Shown here one piece after another: positions 61,505-64,000 of a stretch of DNA of 64,000 nucleotides (the first letter of the stretch is position 1; each line of letters begins with the position of its first letter). The notes under the pieces were generated by a model that was not told where the DNA came from, searched no databases, and saw only the letters and a program-made list of their open reading frames with translations. This DNA is from Lama guanicoe (Eukaryota). A program made the position numbers and the translations under genes. The DNA is taken from assembly GCA_013239625.1 (NCBI GenBank), contig MU053881.1:14188373-14252372 (forward strand). Direction: 5' to 3'.

Positions 61505-63350
61505 ATTAGTTCCAGGTGCACAACATGGTGATTTGATATTTCTATGTATTACAAAATGATCCACACAGTAAGTCTGGTTACCATCTGTCACCATACAAAG
61601 TTCTTACAACATTACTGACTGTATTCCCCACGCTGTACAGTTCATCTCTGTAACTCATTTATTTTGTAATTGGAAGTTTGTGCCTCTTAATCTCCCTCAC
61701 CTAGTTCACTCATCCCTTCATGCCCCCTCCTCCCCTCCGGCAACCACCTGTTCATTCTCTGTATCTGTGAGTCTGTTTCTGTTTTGCTATGTTTGTTCAT
61801 TTGTTTTGTTTTTTAGATTCCACACATAAGTGAAATCATATGGTATCTGTCTCTGTCTGACTTATTTAGCAGAATATCCTCTAGGTCCATCCTTGTCACA
61901 AATGGGAAGATTTCATTCTTTTTATGGCTGAAGAATATTCCATTGTGTGTGTGTATGTATCACATTTTCTTTTTATCCATTTATCTACAGATGGACACAT
62001 AGGTTGCATCCGTGTCTTGGCTATTGTAAATAATACTGCAATGAACATAGGAGTGCACACATCTTTTTGAATTAGTGTTTGTTTTCTTCAGAAAAATAGT
62101 CAGAAGTGGAATTGCTGGATCATATGATAGTTCTATTTTTAATGTTTTGAGAACTCTCCACACTGTCTTCCATAGTGGCTGTCCCAATTTACATTCCCAC
62201 CAACAATACACGAGGGTTCCGTTTCTTCCACATCCCCTCCAACACCTGCTTTTGTTGTCTTTTTGATAATAGCCATTCTGTCACGTATGAGGTTATCATC
62301 TTATCTCATTTGGGTTTTGATTTACATTTCCCTGATGATTAGTGATGTTGAGCATCTTTTGATATATCTGTGGACCACCTGTATGTCTTCTTTGGAAAAT
62401 GTCTATTCAGGTCTTCTGCCCATTTTTTAATCAGGTTGTTTGTTTTACTGATGTTGAGTTGTACGCGTTCTTTGTAGATTTTGGATGTTAACTTATCAGA
62501 TGCATCATTTGCAAGTATCTCTTCCCACTGAGTGGGGTGCCTTCATTTTGTTGATAGTTTTCTTCCCTGTGATCTTTTCAAAGAATCAGTCTTGTTTCAT
62601 TGATCTTTTCTATTGTTTATTCAGTCTCTGTTTCATGTATTTCTTCTCTGATCTCTGTGTTTAATATTTGCTTTATGTATCTAGGTGCTCCTATGTTGGG
62701 TGCATACATTTACAATTTTATCTTCTTGGATTCTCTTTATCATTATGTAATGCCCTTCTTCTTGTTATGATCTTTGTCTTAAAGTCCATTTTGTTTAATA
62801 TAATTATTACTACCCTAGACTTTATTTTCGTTTTAATAGAATACTTTCCACTCCTCACTTTCAGTCTGTAGGTCTTTAAATCTGAAGTGAGTCTCTTGGA
62901 GGCAGCATATATGTGGGTCTTTTTTTAATCCACGCAGCTACCTTACGTGTTTTGATTGGAGCATTTAGTCCATTTAGAATTAAATTATTGATAGGTACAT
63001 ACTTACTGAATGATAGCCTTGCTGGATAGAATATTCTTGGTTTTCATTTTCTTTCATCATTTTAAATAGATTATGCCACTCTCTTCTGGCCTGCAAAGTT
63101 TCTGCTGAAAAGTCAGCTGACAGTTTGGGACTCTCTGTGCTTCTTGGATCTGGGTGTCTGTTTCCTTTCCCAGCTTTGGGACGTTTTCAGCTATTATTGC
63201 TTCAAATAAGATCTCTCCCCCTTTATATTCCTCTTCTCCTTCTGGGACCCCTATAATATGAATGTTATTATATTTTACATTGTCCCAGAGGTCTCTCAAA
63301 CTATCCTCATATTTTTACATTTTTTTCCTGTTCAGCATGGATGTTTCCAC
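61505..63350 (-). mobile_element. Older L1 with collinear ORF1, endonuclease and ORF2 C-terminal pieces and several large internal deletions
   Basis: Minus-strand peptides RDLWDNVK...IIGVPEGEE (ORF1), NGLNAPIK-like and APNIGAPRYIKQIL (endonuclease) and [16 protein letters not shown] (C-terminus), then 3' UTR. Confidence 0.8.
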
Positions 63351-63385
63351 TACTGTCTTACAGTTCACTGAACTGTCAATATTTT

Positions 63386-63432
63386 TTTAACATTTTTTTA
63401 TTGAGTTATAGTCATTTTACAATGTTGTGTCA
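63386..63432 (-). mobile_element. 47-bp ultra-truncated L1 3' terminus
   Basis: Reverse complement matches the end of the L1 at ~59071-59120; exact 17-bp TSD tgaactgtcaatatttt at 63369-63385 and 63433-63449. Confidence 0.88.
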
Positions 63433-64000
63433 TGAACTGTCAATATTTTAAGTATATTCTTCCACACTCTGTGAGCTGTTCCCTGAACATCAACTTCAAG
63501 CTCCCTTCAATCCCTTCCCCCCAAATAAATACCGATGCAAAACGAGCAGGGAACAATGTACCACAGACTGAAGCTCTCAGAGGACAGGTGGAGGTGGGAG
63601 TTTGCATCGCACACTCCACTGCAGCCACTTCTAATTCCCCTCATTAGTTCTTGCTGTTCTCTTGAAGTCTCTCCTCGGCTGTGCCTGGGGCCGAGGAGGG
63701 GGAAAGTCAAGTAGGAGAGGGTAGAGCAAGGCCAAGGTCGAATATAGTCTCTCTCTCCCTTTCTCACATATGATGTCCAGGCTTGCTGGGTCCTCTTCCC
63801 TCCAAAGTACTCAGTTACTATTTCGGGCAGGTTAGCAACCATTTTTTGTTACTTAGGATTTTTTTTTTTAATAACTCAGGATCCATACCCCATTCCCAAC
63901 AAAAGTATTTCTTTTAAAGATAAAGTGTGCTCCCCAAAGAGATCTTAATGAATGGAGTTGTCTGCAATGAGGTATGTGTGCAGTATTTTATCATCAAAAT

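Noticed and set aside
45153..64000. MIR146A or another neighbouring gene downstream of ATP10B
   Set aside because: I recall MIR146A lying beyond the ATP10B 3' end in human, but I did not find the mature sequence on either strand by eye, nor any credible exon chain in this interval.

Overview
Mammalian genomic DNA, very probably camelid (two tRNA-Ala-derived Vic-1-type SINEs at 7378 and 24599). The + strand carries the 3' part of ATP10B, a P4-ATPase lipid flippase: 11 coding exons (1145-42496) with GT-AG introns splice into one uninterrupted frame of 1964 nt (about 654 aa) covering the N/P-domain end, TM5-TM10 and the C-tail. A ~2.65 kb 3' UTR follows, with AATAAA at 43257 and 45135. The remainder is intron and downstream intergenic DNA filled with L1, L2, MIR, Tigger/hAT fossils and LTRs; almost all other ORF-track entries are spurious or transposon remnants. 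I see no new gene or multi-gene system. The most unusual signals are retrotransposon architectures: (1) two independent TSD-flanked L1 insertions share a ~250-300 bp non-standard 3' tail; (2) an apparently circularly permuted L1; (3) two twin-primed 5'-inverted L1s; (4) a multiply deleted, RT-less mini-L1; (5) a close inverted L1 pair in one intron. There is also a weak ATP10B splice donor followed at once by an in-frame stop and AATAAA, and a strong CTCF-like site downstream of the gene. Repeat family names and human comparisons are from memory, not database searches.
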